Notes: generated by a model from the sequence alone, not told the origin. Numbered from the stretch's first letter, positions 19,264-30,491 are shown. The stretch is DNA of 32,000 nucleotides from Raphidiopsis brookii D9 (GCA_000175855.1 ACYB01000046.1:180001-212000); one strand, 5' to 3'. A program made the numbers and translations.

Positions 19264-20767
19264 TTATTTCCAATCTTCACCAATGCGAATGGTGAGGTCT
19301 GCATCTAAATCTCCTTGAGCGGACACTTCAATTTGACCTACACCCAATATTTTTCTTAGTTCCACTCCTGGGTGTCTAGTTCCTCTGCGAACAAAGATCT
19401 GGGTTTGGCGTTGGTTTTCAGCCCAATCGGGAACGGTGTAAATATTAGCAAAACCTTTGGATTTGAGGTGATTGATAACTTTTGCAGTCACTTGAGGTTG
19501 ACTGCTGGCATTTTGAATAGCAATTTTTAGCTGAAAAACTGAACGAGAGTCTGACCTGACTTGATAGATATCTACCCCAACATTAATTTTTTAATAAACT
19601 TTGTTGTCCGGTTAGATTCAACCAGTAACTTTCTGGATCTTTACTGAACTTACTAAAGGTACCAGGAAGCATGGTCATCTCAAATTTATCCCGTTCCACA
19701 TTGACGGCAAAATTGGCCAAGGCCATCATCTCCTCCATTCTCAAGTTGGTGTCAAAATACTTACGCATCATACGGGTAAGTTGGGGTAATCGGGGTAGGA
19801 CGACGGGATTATTTAAGCGTTGAACCAGTCCACCAATCAGAGCTTGTTGTCGTTGGACCCTGGCCATATCCCCCACACTAGATTCACGAAAACGAGCAAA
19901 TAATTCCGCCTGTTCACCGTTCAGGGTTTGCCATCCAGTGACCAAATTTATCGGTGTTCGGCCACTTTGATCTTGAGAGGTCATGGATTGGGGTACAAAT
20001 ATATCTACTCCCCCCAACTGATCCACCAGTTCTCTTAAACCACTGGTGGAAATACGAATATACCGATCTATTGGGGCATCACTAAAAGTGCGACTGATCA
20101 CCCGTGCAGCTAATACTGGTCCCCCCTTGGCATTAGCTTCTGATATCTTGCTGAGTCCATCTTCTGGTAAGGACACCATTGTCCCTTTAGGGATTGAAAG
20201 CACCCTTATGGATTTATCACTAGGGTTTAACCGGACTAGTAGCATGGTGTCACTACTACCGGCAAAACTTTCTGGTGAACCATCTAGGGTGCCTTTAATC
20301 GTTTCAACACCCATTACTAAAATATTCATCGGTTTGGATAGCTGGTAAAGGGAAAGTTTATTCCATAAACCATCTGATACTTTTAAATTCTCTCTGTTAG
20401 TTGGTGTATACCCGTCATCTTCTGCTTGCTCTAAGTTACTCCATAGAGGGGTCCATAAAGCAACTGCTGACATCAATAAACCTGATAAAGTGATACTTAT
20501 GGCAAAGGTTAATACCCACAAAAGCCAACCAGGCATACTTAATCCCAGCTTTTCAAAAAGCTGATATGGAATTTCTCCCATTGATTTAATGACTGTTCGT
20601 TGACTATTTACATGCTCTGCCTTCACCTCCGTTCCCAATCCTGGTAAAGGATTTGACACAGGCTGAGTTTCTACTGACATAAGCTGCTGCAGTTTTCCAT
20701 CATGCTCTAAAGCGGTTACCTGTTGAATTCCAAGCTGATTTTCTAACCACTGAACTTCTTTGATCAC
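19264..20767 (-). pseudogene. LCP (LytR-CpsA-Psr) family protein with a LytR_C C-terminal domain, split by a frameshift
   Basis: ORF 19583..20767 has a TM anchor and an LCP catalytic domain (NILVMGVE...SDTMLLVRLNP...SIPKGT...GGVDIFVP...RQQAL). ORF 19264..19491 is a LytR_C-type domain (...QTQIFVRRG...DLDADLTIRIGEDWK). The +1 frame is open between them (KINVGVDIYQVRSDSRSVFQLKIAIQNASSQPQV). The junction is the T6 run at 19587-19592, which is A6 in the gene sense. Confidence 0.8.
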
Positions 20768-21055
20768 AATTACCTCCCCACTTAATCACTTTTTCATAAC
20801 AATATGTTCATATCAAGCTACAGATTTCTGCTGTCGCAGGCTATAATTCAGATGGTACATAGTAAATTGGGCTTGTAAGGAAACCATTTGAACAACCAAA
20901 TCAACCTTGATCGGAAATTAATGTAGACTACTAGATTTTTAATTCAACAATTCCCTACTGGACAGATGGATTCAGTCAAGATTATCCCAAATGGCATGAA
21001 TAATAAATATAGACTTAATATTGTTTCACAGTAGTTCCCATTTTCCAATAACAAC

Positions 21056-22120
21056 ATGACTAGTTCTATGATCCCCGTTATTTTGGCTGGTGGTAAGGGC
21101 GAGCGTTTTTGGCCCCTAAGTCGCAAAGACAAACCTAAACAGTTCTTAAATCTGGATGGCAGTTCCCAAAGTTTACTGCAATCCACAGCCAAGCGACTGC
21201 TAAATGTCTCTGGAGGTTGGGATAATCTGTGGGTAATCACTTCCAGCCAAATATCTCAAGGTGTAGAACAGCAATTGCCCAACCTGTTATCCTCAAACCT
21301 GTTAGTTGAATTAGAGGGTAGGGATACAGCAGCTGCGATCGCCTGGGCAAGTTTGGAAATCCAGAAGCGTCATGGGGATGACACTGTGATTGGATTTTTC
21401 CCTGCTGATCACTGGATTGCTGACCAAGAGGGGTTTGAAAATACTCTCAGTGCTGCTACCCAATTAGCAACTAGCACAGAGGCCATCGTCACTTTGGGGA
21501 TTAAGCCTAGTTTTCCATCCACTGCTTATGGCTATATTGAACAGGGTGAAAGGGTTGGTAAATTTAATAATTTACTAGCCTATCACGTGAACCGGTTTAC
21601 TGAAAAGCCCAACCGAGAAATAGCTGAACATTTTTTATCCACAGGCCGTTTTAGCTGGAATAGTGGTATGTTTGTATTTCGCGCTGGAGTCATACTACAA
21701 GAATTACACACCCATACTCCAGAAATTGTCATCCCTTTAGCAGAACATGGACCTGATATTTACCCTTCCTTGCCTAAGCAAAGCATAGATTATGCCCTCA
21801 TGGAAAAGACTAATTTGGCTTATGTCTTACCAGTAGAATTTGGCTGGGATGATCTAGGAGACTGGAATGCCATTGAACGTCTACTCAAAACCCAGGAAGA
21901 TCAAAATGTAGAATTAGCTACCCATGTAGGTCTCCATACCCAAGGAACTATTATTTATGCTTCCGATCCCAATGATTTAGTTGTCACTATCGGTTTAGAA
22001 AATTTGGTCATTGTGCGCGATCGCAATGTTACTCTAATAGTTGACAAAGATCGAACTCAGGAAATTAAACAGGTGTTAAAGAAACTACAGAGTGATCCGC
22101 GATTTACGGATCTATTGTAG
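21056..22120 (+). CDS. mannose-1-phosphate guanylyltransferase (nucleotidyltransferase domain only)
   Basis: The ORF contains MIPVILAGGKGERFWPLSR...KQF, then FPADHWI and F.EKP...SGMF motifs of the ManC/CpsB N-terminal domain. The start could be Met5 at 21068. Confidence 0.8.
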   Translation: MTSSMIPVILAGGKGERFWPLSRKDKPKQFLNLDGSSQSLLQSTAKRLLNVSGGWDNLWVITSSQISQGVEQQLPNLLSSNLLVELEGRDTAAAIAWASLEIQKRHGDDTVIGFFPADHWIADQEGFENTLSAATQLATSTEAIVTLGIKPSFPSTAYGYIEQGERVGKFNNLLAYHVNRFTEKPNREIAEHFLSTGRFSWNSGMFVFRAGVILQELHTHTPEIVIPLAEHGPDIYPSLPKQSIDYALMEKTNLAYVLPVEFGWDDLGDWNAIERLLKTQEDQNVELATHVGLHTQGTIIYASDPNDLVVTIGLENLVIVRDRNVTLIVDKDRTQEIKQVLKKLQSDPRFTDLL

Positions 22121-22159
22121 GCAAAGGCTTGACGTTTCAGCACGTATTCTAATTTTGTT

Positions 22160-23140
22160 ATGTCAATTATCCAAGCTCAAAATCTTAGCAAATCATATTC
22201 AGTTGGTATTAAACAACCTGGTTTTGTTGGTACAATAAACCACTTCTTCAATCGTCAATATCGTCAAATTCAAGCTGTTAAGGATGTAACCTTTACCATA
22301 GAACCTGGAGAAATAGTGGGGTTTCTAGGGCCCAATGGTGCGGGTAAAACCACGACGTTAAAAATGTTGACCGGTCTAATTCATCCTTCCAGGGGATCAC
22401 TAAAAGTGGCAGGATTCAGCCCTTTTCGTCGTCAGGAAGCATTTTTGCAAAGAATTACCCTAGTTATGGGACAAAAGCAGCAATTATTATGGGATTTACC
22501 AGCCATAGATTCCCTAAAAATTAATGCTGCAGTATATAATATATCCGATAGAGAATTTCAGCAACGAGTTGGTGAACTAACAGAAATGCTTTCCCTGGGT
22601 GGCAAACTAAACCAACCAGTCAGGAAACTTTCTCTAGGTGAAAGAATGAAGGCAGAAATTTTAGCCGCTCTTTTACACCGTCCCCAGGTTCTATTTTTAG
22701 ATGAACCAACTCTGGGACTGGATATTAACGCCCAGGTTAACGTAAGAGACTTCTTAAGAGAATATAACCAACTTTATCAATCTACTATATTATTGACAAG
22801 TCACTACATGGCGGATATCACAGCGCTTTGTGAAAGAGTATTAGTGATTCACCAGGGGAAACTGATGTATGATGGCAGATTAGAAGAATTAATACAGAAA
22901 TTTGCCCCCTATCGTCAAATCTATATAGAATTGTCCCAGTCGCTACCTATTGAAAAACTTACTCACTATGGAGAGGTAGAACATCTAGAAGGTAGAAGAG
23001 TTAGTTTACTGGTGCAAAGGGAAGGTCTAACCCGCACCCTAGGACAAATATTAGCGGATTTAGACGTGGTAGATTTAACTGTCAACGAACCACCAGTGGA
23101 AGAGGTAATAGGTAGAGTTTTTCAATCTGTTGTTATATGA
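22160..23140 (+). CDS. ABC transporter ATP-binding protein (ABC-2 type)
   Basis: It carries Walker A GPNGAGKTT, signature LSLGERMK, Walker B LFLDEPTLGLD and the H-loop TSH. It is translationally coupled to the next gene through an ATGA overlap at 23137-23140. Confidence 0.85.
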   Translation: MSIIQAQNLSKSYSVGIKQPGFVGTINHFFNRQYRQIQAVKDVTFTIEPGEIVGFLGPNGAGKTTTLKMLTGLIHPSRGSLKVAGFSPFRRQEAFLQRITLVMGQKQQLLWDLPAIDSLKINAAVYNISDREFQQRVGELTEMLSLGGKLNQPVRKLSLGERMKAEILAALLHRPQVLFLDEPTLGLDINAQVNVRDFLREYNQLYQSTILLTSHYMADITALCERVLVIHQGKLMYDGRLEELIQKFAPYRQIYIELSQSLPIEKLTHYGEVEHLEGRRVSLLVQREGLTRTLGQILADLDVVDLTVNEPPVEEVIGRVFQSVVI

Positions 23141-23925
23141 AGTATTTTTTCAGAAAGGCCCACATCCTCCTCACAGTGTATTACGCCTACATGCTAGAAT
23201 ATCGCTCAGAACTACTGTTATGGGTTTTATCTGGTTCCTTACCCATAATTATTATGGGTGTGTGGAATAAAGCAGCACAGGGGGGAAACTTTGGTTTAAG
23301 TCCACTTGACTTTACCCGCTATTTTTTTGCAGTATTTCTATTTAGACAACTGACAGTTGTTTGGGTAATTTATGATTTTGAAAGAGAAGTGGTCGAGGGG
23401 AAACTTTCCAATCGATTATTGCAACCCTTAGACCCGGTATTTCATCATCTTGCTAGTCATATTGGTGAAAGATTTGCCAGAATGCCATTTGTTGTGGCAA
23501 TTGTGGGAATATTCTTCGCATTTTACCCTCAAGCTTTCTGGATCCCGAGTTTTACTAACTTTTTTTGGTTTACCCTAGCTGCAGTCCTATCTTTTGCATT
23601 GAGGTTCCTAATTCAGTATACCCTAGCAATGTTAGCCTTTTGGACTGAAAGAGCTACATCCCTAGAAAACTTTTGGTTCTTATTATTTCTGTTTCTATCA
23701 GGTATGATTGCACCCCTAGAGGTTTTTCCCCCAGCGGTCAAGAACTTCGCCTTATGGACACCATTTCCCTACCTAATTCATTTTCCTGCAAGCATTTTAG
23801 TAGGTTTACCCGTAGATTTAACCAGGGGATTTTTATCCATTTTAGCCTGGTTGTGCATATTTGGAGTAGCCAATCGCCTACTATGGCGCTTAGGGTTAAA
23901 GCAGTATTCAGGCATGGGAGCTTAA
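23137..23925 (+). CDS. ABC-2 family transporter permease
   Basis: The 262-aa ORF has 6 TM helices and overlaps the ATPase stop by 4 nt. Its topology and size fit ABC-2/DUF990-type permeases. Confidence 0.7.
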   Translation: MKYFFRKAHILLTVYYAYMLEYRSELLLWVLSGSLPIIIMGVWNKAAQGGNFGLSPLDFTRYFFAVFLFRQLTVVWVIYDFEREVVEGKLSNRLLQPLDPVFHHLASHIGERFARMPFVVAIVGIFFAFYPQAFWIPSFTNFFWFTLAAVLSFALRFLIQYTLAMLAFWTERATSLENFWFLLFLFLSGMIAPLEVFPPAVKNFALWTPFPYLIHFPASILVGLPVDLTRGFLSILAWLCIFGVANRLLWRLGLKQYSGMGA

Positions 23926-26093
23926 TTTTCCTTTCTCATAGATAAACTGATACGTTTTAACTTTTCATTCACCTCCAGCACTCTTACCTTTACCAACTGT
24001 CCCACCTTAACTATGGTTTTGGGATCCTCCACAAATCTATCTGCTAATTGGGATATGTGAACCAATCCATCCTGATGAACTCCAATATCAACAAATGCAC
24101 CAAAATTAGCCACATTAGTAATAATTCCTTCCAATTCCATACCCACCGTTAAGTCCCTAATTTCCCTAATTCCCTCCCGGAAGGTAGCATATTTAAATTC
24201 CGCACGAGGATCTCTTCCTGGTTTTTCCAGTTCCCTGAGAATATCTCGTAAAGTAGGCTCTCCAATGGCATCAGTAAGGTATTTTTTGATGCCAGTTTTT
24301 TTCAGCCGTTCCGCTATTTGAGTAACTTGATTTAAGGGTACTTGTAAATCCCCTGCTATCTTTTCTACCAGGAGATAACTTTCTGGATGAACTGCAGTAT
24401 TATCCAGAGGATTTTCCCCATTTCTAATTTTTAAAAACCCTGCTGACTGTTCAAATGCTTTCGGACCAAGTTTTGGCACTTTCAACAATTGTTGACGATT
24501 TTTAAATGCCCCATATTGATTGCGATAGGTGATAATATTATTAGCAACTGTAGGGGTAATTCCAGAAACAAATGTCAACAGTTCTTTAGAAGCAGTATTC
24601 AAGTCTACCCCCACATAGTTGACACAACTTTCAACGGTTTCATGTAATTTCTTTTTCAGGAGTTTTTGATCCACATCATGCTGATATTGTCCTACCCCAA
24701 TGGATTTGGGGTCAATTTTTACCAATTCAGCTAGGGGATCTTGCAATCTTCTCCCAATACTAATTGCACCTCTGACAGTTACATCTAAATCAGGAAATTC
24801 CTCTCTAGCTACTTCACTAGCTGAATATATGGATGCACCGGATTCATTCACTATAACCTTAATTGGTTTGGAGTGGCAATCTCTTAAAACCTCGGTGATA
24901 AATTCATCTGTTTCGCGGGATGCTGTGCCATTGCCAATTGCTATTAGTTGAATGTCATACTTTTCTATGAGCTTTTTTACCATCTGAACCGCTTTTTGCC
25001 TCTGTTCCCCTCCCTGGTGAGGAAAGACAGCTTGATATTCTAGAAATTTACCTGTTGGATCTAAAATCGCTGTCTTACAACCCGTTCTAAACCCTGGATC
25101 TATGGCCAAAGTGGGTTTCATCCCTGCGGGTGCAGATAATAACAACTCCCTTAAATTTGCTTCAAAGGTTTTAATGGATTCAATATCAGAATAGGTTTTC
25201 TTTTCACTAATTACTTCATTAATTAATGAGGTCTTCATCAAGCGGTTAAAAGCATCCTTTAACATAGCTTGGTAGAACTGTCTGATATTTTGTGTTCGGG
25301 TGTGAATTTCCTGGGATTCCAAATAAGCAAGTAGAAAATCTTGGTCAAAACCAATGTCAAAGATTAACAGTTTTTCCACTTCTCCCCTACTTAAAGCTAA
25401 CATATTATGGGGAGCAATATTTTTGACTTTGACCTGATAGTTACGGTACATTTCAAATTTAGTTGTCCCTTCCCCATATTCCTCTTTGATTCGGGAAATA
25501 ATCACACCCGTTTCCAATATATATCCCCTGATATAGGCTCTTAAATGAGCCTTATCAGCTATCTCTTCTGCCAAAATATCACTAGCGCCTTTTAACGCCT
25601 CTTCACTAGTATTCACGCCTTTTTCCCGGGCAACATATTTACCTGCTACGGAATCCAGGGAAATGGATGCACCATTTTTCACATTTAATGATTTAATCAA
25701 TGCTGCTAAGGGTTCCAGACCTTTTTCTCGAGCAATGGTAGCACGAGTGCGACGCTTTGGTTTGTATGGTAAGTATAAATCCTCTAATTCCGTTTTCTGT
25801 AAGCAGGAGTTGATTTTCTCTTCCAGTTTGTCCGTGAGTTTACCTTGTTCTGATATGGCGCTTAAAACTGCCCGTTTTCTCTCTTCTAGTTCTGTCAAAT
25901 ATGTATATCTATCGGATAAATCTCGTAGTTGTACTTCCGTCATTTCTTGGGTAAGTTCCTTACGGTAACGTGCAATAAAGGGAATAGTTGCACCTTCAGC
26001 TAAGAGATCTAAGGCGTTTTCTACCTGGTTGACTTTAAGTCCTAATTCAAGAGCGACTAATTGGGGAATATTCAACATATTTTTAGTAATCAA
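23922..26093 (-). CDS. tex: Tex-like transcription accessory protein with a C-terminal S1 RNA-binding domain
   Basis: The 723-aa ORF begins VENALDLLAEGATIPFIARYRKE, contains a YqgF/RuvX-like LAIDPGFRTGCK and HhH motifs, and ends with the S1 domain GIITNVANFGAFVDIGVHQDGLVHISQL. Confidence 0.9.
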   Translation of the reverse strand: MITKNMLNIPQLVALELGLKVNQVENALDLLAEGATIPFIARYRKELTQEMTEVQLRDLSDRYTYLTELEERKRAVLSAISEQGKLTDKLEEKINSCLQKTELEDLYLPYKPKRRTRATIAREKGLEPLAALIKSLNVKNGASISLDSVAGKYVAREKGVNTSEEALKGASDILAEEIADKAHLRAYIRGYILETGVIISRIKEEYGEGTTKFEMYRNYQVKVKNIAPHNMLALSRGEVEKLLIFDIGFDQDFLLAYLESQEIHTRTQNIRQFYQAMLKDAFNRLMKTSLINEVISEKKTYSDIESIKTFEANLRELLLSAPAGMKPTLAIDPGFRTGCKTAILDPTGKFLEYQAVFPHQGGEQRQKAVQMVKKLIEKYDIQLIAIGNGTASRETDEFITEVLRDCHSKPIKVIVNESGASIYSASEVAREEFPDLDVTVRGAISIGRRLQDPLAELVKIDPKSIGVGQYQHDVDQKLLKKKLHETVESCVNYVGVDLNTASKELLTFVSGITPTVANNIITYRNQYGAFKNRQQLLKVPKLGPKAFEQSAGFLKIRNGENPLDNTAVHPESYLLVEKIAGDLQVPLNQVTQIAERLKKTGIKKYLTDAIGEPTLRDILRELEKPGRDPRAEFKYATFREGIREIRDLTVGMELEGIITNVANFGAFVDIGVHQDGLVHISQLADRFVEDPKTIVKVGQLVKVRVLEVNEKLKRISLSMRKEN

Positions 26094-26294
26094 TAATACT
26101 GAAAACGTTAAAGTCCTGACAAAATGGAAGGTTCAGATAACTAGCAATTATTGGCAAATCATTCAAATGTCAACTAATTAACATATTTAGTTTCCCCAGC
26201 TATTGTAAAGTAAAGTTAATCAATTATATAATTTCTTCTTATTTCCAGTGCGGGTTGACTTTTTCAATTTCAACCTCCTGTTTTAGTTCAGGAT

Positions 26295-26525
26295 GTGATT
26301 AAAATGCCCTTGTTTTTTCTAGTTCCAGTACTTACCGCTTGTATAACTGGTTATTTTTTCAATAAAAAAAATCTGGAGATTGCTTATATTGCTGGTATAC
26401 TAACAGCTGTTACCCTGGTGGTGAGCCTGTTTTTAGCATCCTGGCAACTTCAGTTAGTGTTATTGGCAGTGATAATTTTCCTTTCTAACCAACTGTTGGC
26501 TAAAATTAACATTGACCGTTTTTAA
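26295..26525 (+). CDS. small hypothetical membrane protein (2-3 TM)
   Basis: The evidence is only ORF length and its hydrophobic-helix pattern. The start is ambiguous between GTG 26295 and ATG 26304, and I recognise no family. Confidence 0.3.
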   Translation: MIKMPLFFLVPVLTACITGYFFNKKNLEIAYIAGILTAVTLVVSLFLASWQLQLVLLAVIIFLSNQLLAKINIDRF

Positions 26526-26537
26526 ACCAGGTGCAAT

Positions 26538-29143
26538 TTAGATTTCGCCCCTGACTAGTATAACTGTACTATTAACACCGGAGGCAATAGTTTCAGGAAT
26601 ATTACCGTGGATTGCCTGTTGTAATAGTCCCTCCCGGGAAGCACCTAAAACCACCACATCAAAACCCTCTGTATTAACCAATTCAATCACTGCTTGACTA
26701 ACCGACTCACCTTGTAAAGAAGCAGCAATTACTTCACCATGGATGTTTCGGTTACGAATTAGTTGTCGAGTAGATTCCTCTAAAACATGCATATCCGGTT
26801 CCTTTTCCCAGGGTTTCACTACCTGGGTAAGGCGAATTTGGGGGTTTTCTACTAAGCTTACTAAAGCTGGTAATAATTTAATAGCTAGGGGTGCATTTGG
26901 TCCTCCAGCCATGGGTACTAACCATCGATGGAAATTAGCAAGGTATGACTTATTATGTAAGCTACTTAATTTGACCAAAACAACATCACAGGTGGCTTGA
27001 CGAATAATCGTATCTACCACCGTACCGAAAATTCTTCCTGGTGTGGAAGTGTTTCCTTTCCAACCCATAAAAATTAAATCTATATGTCGTTCCTTAATGG
27101 TTTCTAAAATGGCCTGGGCCACATCATGCGCAACCCGTATTTGGGTGTGGATGGGAACTTGCCATCTTTTGGCTAGGGACTCGGCTTGTCTAAGTATCCT
27201 TTTGCTTTTTGTTGTTCTGACCTTGGTTTCAGAAGGAGAACTATGACGAGACACTAAAATAATCTGTAAGCATTCTAATTCATAATGGCGTTCTTGGGCA
27301 ATTGTGGCAGCCATTTCTAATAGAGTTTCCGCTGTATCTGGATTAGATAGGGTAACTAATAGTCTACCTCTTCCAGTACTAGGCGATCGCGTTTGATATA
27401 CCAGATATGATGGTTCTGGCTGAGGTCCAGAGGCGATATTTTTACAGTTAATGCTATCTGCTTCTGCTCTAATAATATCGCCACGAGTAATAATACCAAG
27501 AATTTTTTGTTTTTCTACCACCGGTAAGCGACTAATTTGGTGACGGTCTAATAGGTATAAAACTTCGCTTAGGCCTTGGTCTGGTTGCACGGTCACAGGT
27601 CCTGGTGTCATAATTTCCCGTAAAGTAGTATACTGGAACGGGTAGATGTTTTTAATATCTGACTGGGTGATAATTCCCACTAACTGACCCTGATCTACTA
27701 CTGGAAACCCTCGATGATGAGAACGAGAAAAGGCTTGAATAGCCTCTTTTATAGACATCTGGGCATCTAACGTTTCTACTCGTTTTTGCATTACATCTTC
27801 AGCTTTTAATTTAGTTAAAACACCTTCAATAGGACTATTTTTTTCAATGGTAATCCCATTTAGTTTCAGTAATTCATCATATAGTGAACCTGGTACAAAG
27901 TAGTCTGCAACTAAGTAAGCTGTTACAGCAACAATCATTAAAGGCAATACCAGATTAAAATCTGTAGTTAACTCAAAAACAATGACAATAGCAGTAATAG
28001 GAACCTTAGAAACTGCACTAAAGAAACCTCCCATTCCTGCTAAAGCGTAAGTATTAAGGGAACCAAAAACCCAAAAAATTGCACCTCAAAAACCCCAATA
28101 ATATGACCCAAACAGGAACCTAAAATCAAACTGGGGGCAAATAATCCCCCTGGGGCACCGGAACCAAAGGCAATTAGGGTAAGAATAAATTGACTAATGA
28201 AGGTAATAGTAGCTAACAGCAGATTAGGCTCACTAGCAATCATGTATTCTCTCAAACCAGCATTATCTCGATAATATTCTGGTAGCAAAGCCACAATCAA
28301 CCCAGAAATTAGACCTGCTAGAGCTACCCGTAAAGGTAAAGTAATATGCAATCTTTGATAAATTTTAAGACTAAGTCTTAGCCCATGACGAAACACAGCA
28401 CTGAATAAGCCAATAATTACCCCCAAAAGCAGAAAAATGGGAATTTCTGGGACGTAAAACTGAGCAGAATAGTTAACCAGTTCTCGATTGAGTTGTAAAG
28501 TTCCACCACCCAATAATCTGGAAATTACCCCCCCAATAAAACAAGCAATAATAGCAGTTCCCAGAGTTAATTCCGACAGGTCTTTCAGTAGTTCCTCAAT
28601 AATAAATAGCACTCCAGTAATGGGAGCATTAAAAGCAGCAGATAAACCTGCACCAGCACCTGCAGCAATCATTTGGCGACGATGTTCAGGAGATGTGGGC
28701 ACTAAACGGCTCATCCCTGCAGCTAAACCCGCACCAACCTGTATAGTCGGTCCCTGTCTCCCCAAAATTAAACCCGATCCCAAAGCAAAAATAGTACTGA
28801 TTAACTTAATCCCCACCACTTGCCAAGATAACCTGATAGGAACATTACCTAAACTGGCTTTCACTTGAGGTATACCACTACCAGCAGCTTCCGGAGCAAA
28901 TCGTTGGATTAACCAACCAGCAAAAAATCCAAAACTCATGCCAATCAGTGGTAATACTAACCAAGCTGGTAAAATATGGGTACTATGAATACGCCATGTT
29001 CCTAACCATCCGGAGCTCTGTTTGAGTAAAACAGCTGATACAGCAGCTACAATACCGATAATAGAGGCCTCCGCGATCGCCAGACCCTTTCTGGGTTGCC
29101 AGATTTGACGAAATTGTTTGGCGAGCCGATCAACAATCAACAT
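26538..29143 (-). pseudogene. ClC-family chloride channel with C-terminal CBS pair and tandem USP domains, split by a frameshift
   Basis: ORF 28040..29143 carries GSGIP, GREGP-like GRQGP and the start of the GxFxP (GLFAP) selectivity motifs. ORF 26538..28034 continues with GGFFSAVSKVPITAIVIVFELT, two CBS domains and two universal-stress-protein-like domains. The -1 frame across 28035-28075 reads ...GSLNTYALAGMGGFF and bridges them. Confidence 0.85.
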
Positions 29144-29162
29144 ATAGCAACGTATAAATGCT

Positions 29163-30491
29163 TTAATAACTTGTATTTATTCCATTTTTACCGATAGTGG
29201 AAAGGCCTTCTACTATAATAGAAGGAGTATAACAAGAACCGTTCCAATCAGCATCACCACCGATCTTAACTACCTGCTTGAGTGCAGTGTAAACATTACC
29301 AGCAACCATAGTATCTTTAACTCGACCGATAATTTCTCCTTTTTCCACTAGATATCCCAAATCAACATTAATAGCAAAATCCCCAGAAATTCCTCCGCTC
29401 CCACCCAGCATTTGATCCACAATTAAACCTGTATCCATAGATTTAATTAACTCCAGCAGGGATTCCCTACCGGGTTGGATGAGAAAATTAAACATACCAG
29501 GAGCGGGGTAGCTACCCAGACCTGGGCGAAAGCCATTACCTGTAGTTCCCATACCTAAGAGACTACCAGTAGTGCGATCGCTGTAGAAGTTGCGTAAAAC
29601 CCCCTGATCAACAAATATCAAAGACCGGGTAGGGGTGCCTTCATCATCAAAAGGACAGCTATAGGGACCTGCTTGGGGATCCTGATATAAAGTAAGATTA
29701 GGTGTCATAATTGACTGGCCCAATCTATCAGACCAGGGGGAGGCCCCTTCCCACACCTGTTTAGCATTTAGAGCAGCCTGTACAGTTCCCCAAAGCATAT
29801 CAGCAGCTTTAGATGTAAACAAAATAGGCGATCGCCGGGTGGGGGTAGGAACATTTTGTTCGGCCCAGGTTAATCGCTGGAGAATTTGATGTGCCACTTT
29901 TAGGGGGTCAAGTTGACCGCGTTGAGTTTGTCCATCAGCAACACTTAAAAAATCATCACCTCTAACCCATTCAGCGGACATATAGCAACTGAGGGTAGTG
30001 TCACTGTAATCACAGTTTAGACCCTGACTATTAATTAACCTAATACTTTCCACATCGCATTCCCAGTCACCATTACAAACAACATCGGGATAGAAGTCAC
30101 GCACCTCGGCGATCGCAGTTTTGCCCCAATTTATCAGTTGTTCTACGGATACGGAAATACCTATATCGAGGTAAGATTGGGGAGAATGGGAACCCAGTTC
30201 TACCGATTCTGGTTCATTTAGTTGACTCAGGGCTAGGGCCCGTTCTACCATTCCTTGGGGGTCTAAAGGACCGTAGGCCACAGTAAGTCCTGGGCGGCCA
30301 TTTTTCCACAGTCGGAGTGCAGCACCTTCGGACTGACTAGTTTCTAATTGTTTAAGACGATTAGCCTCAAAAAACACGGGACGAGAAAGTGAACGGGACT
30401 GATATACTTCTGCGGCCTCGGCCCCGGATTTTAAGGCTAGTTCCAGCAGCTGTTCAGCTTGTGTATCGTGGGAAAAGTTTGCAGGACCCAT
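29163..30491 (-). CDS. TldD/PmbA family metalloprotease (PmbA-like)
   Basis: The 442-aa ORF contains ...AEVYQSRS...ALRLWKNGR.G... near the N-terminus and a C-terminal FDDEGTP...G...NGF...G.SGG.SGDF pattern typical of the family. It lies 19 nt upstream of the ClC gene on the same strand. Confidence 0.85.
   Translation of the reverse strand: MGPANFSHDTQAEQLLELALKSGAEAAEVYQSRSLSRPVFFEANRLKQLETSQSEGAALRLWKNGRPGLTVAYGPLDPQGMVERALALSQLNEPESVELGSHSPQSYLDIGISVSVEQLINWGKTAIAEVRDFYPDVVCNGDWECDVESIRLINSQGLNCDYSDTTLSCYMSAEWVRGDDFLSVADGQTQRGQLDPLKVAHQILQRLTWAEQNVPTPTRRSPILFTSKAADMLWGTVQAALNAKQVWEGASPWSDRLGQSIMTPNLTLYQDPQAGPYSCPFDDEGTPTRSLIFVDQGVLRNFYSDRTTGSLLGMGTTGNGFRPGLGSYPAPGMFNFLIQPGRESLLELIKSMDTGLIVDQMLGGSGGISGDFAINVDLGYLVEKGEIIGRVKDTMVAGNVYTALKQVVKIGGDADWNGSCYTPSIIVEGLSTIGKNGINTSY

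Noticed and set aside
20944-21240. 98-aa minus-strand ORF overlapping the manC start
   Set aside because: It overlaps the conserved N-terminal nucleotide-binding motif of the guanylyltransferase on the opposite strand, and the protein is not recognisable.
24700-25968. Plus-strand ORFs 24700..24951 and 25663..25968
   Set aside because: They are antisense shadows within tex.
26743-28868. Plus-strand ORFs 26743..27000, 27043..27246 and 28488..28868
   Set aside because: They are antisense shadows within the ClC/CBS/USP gene.
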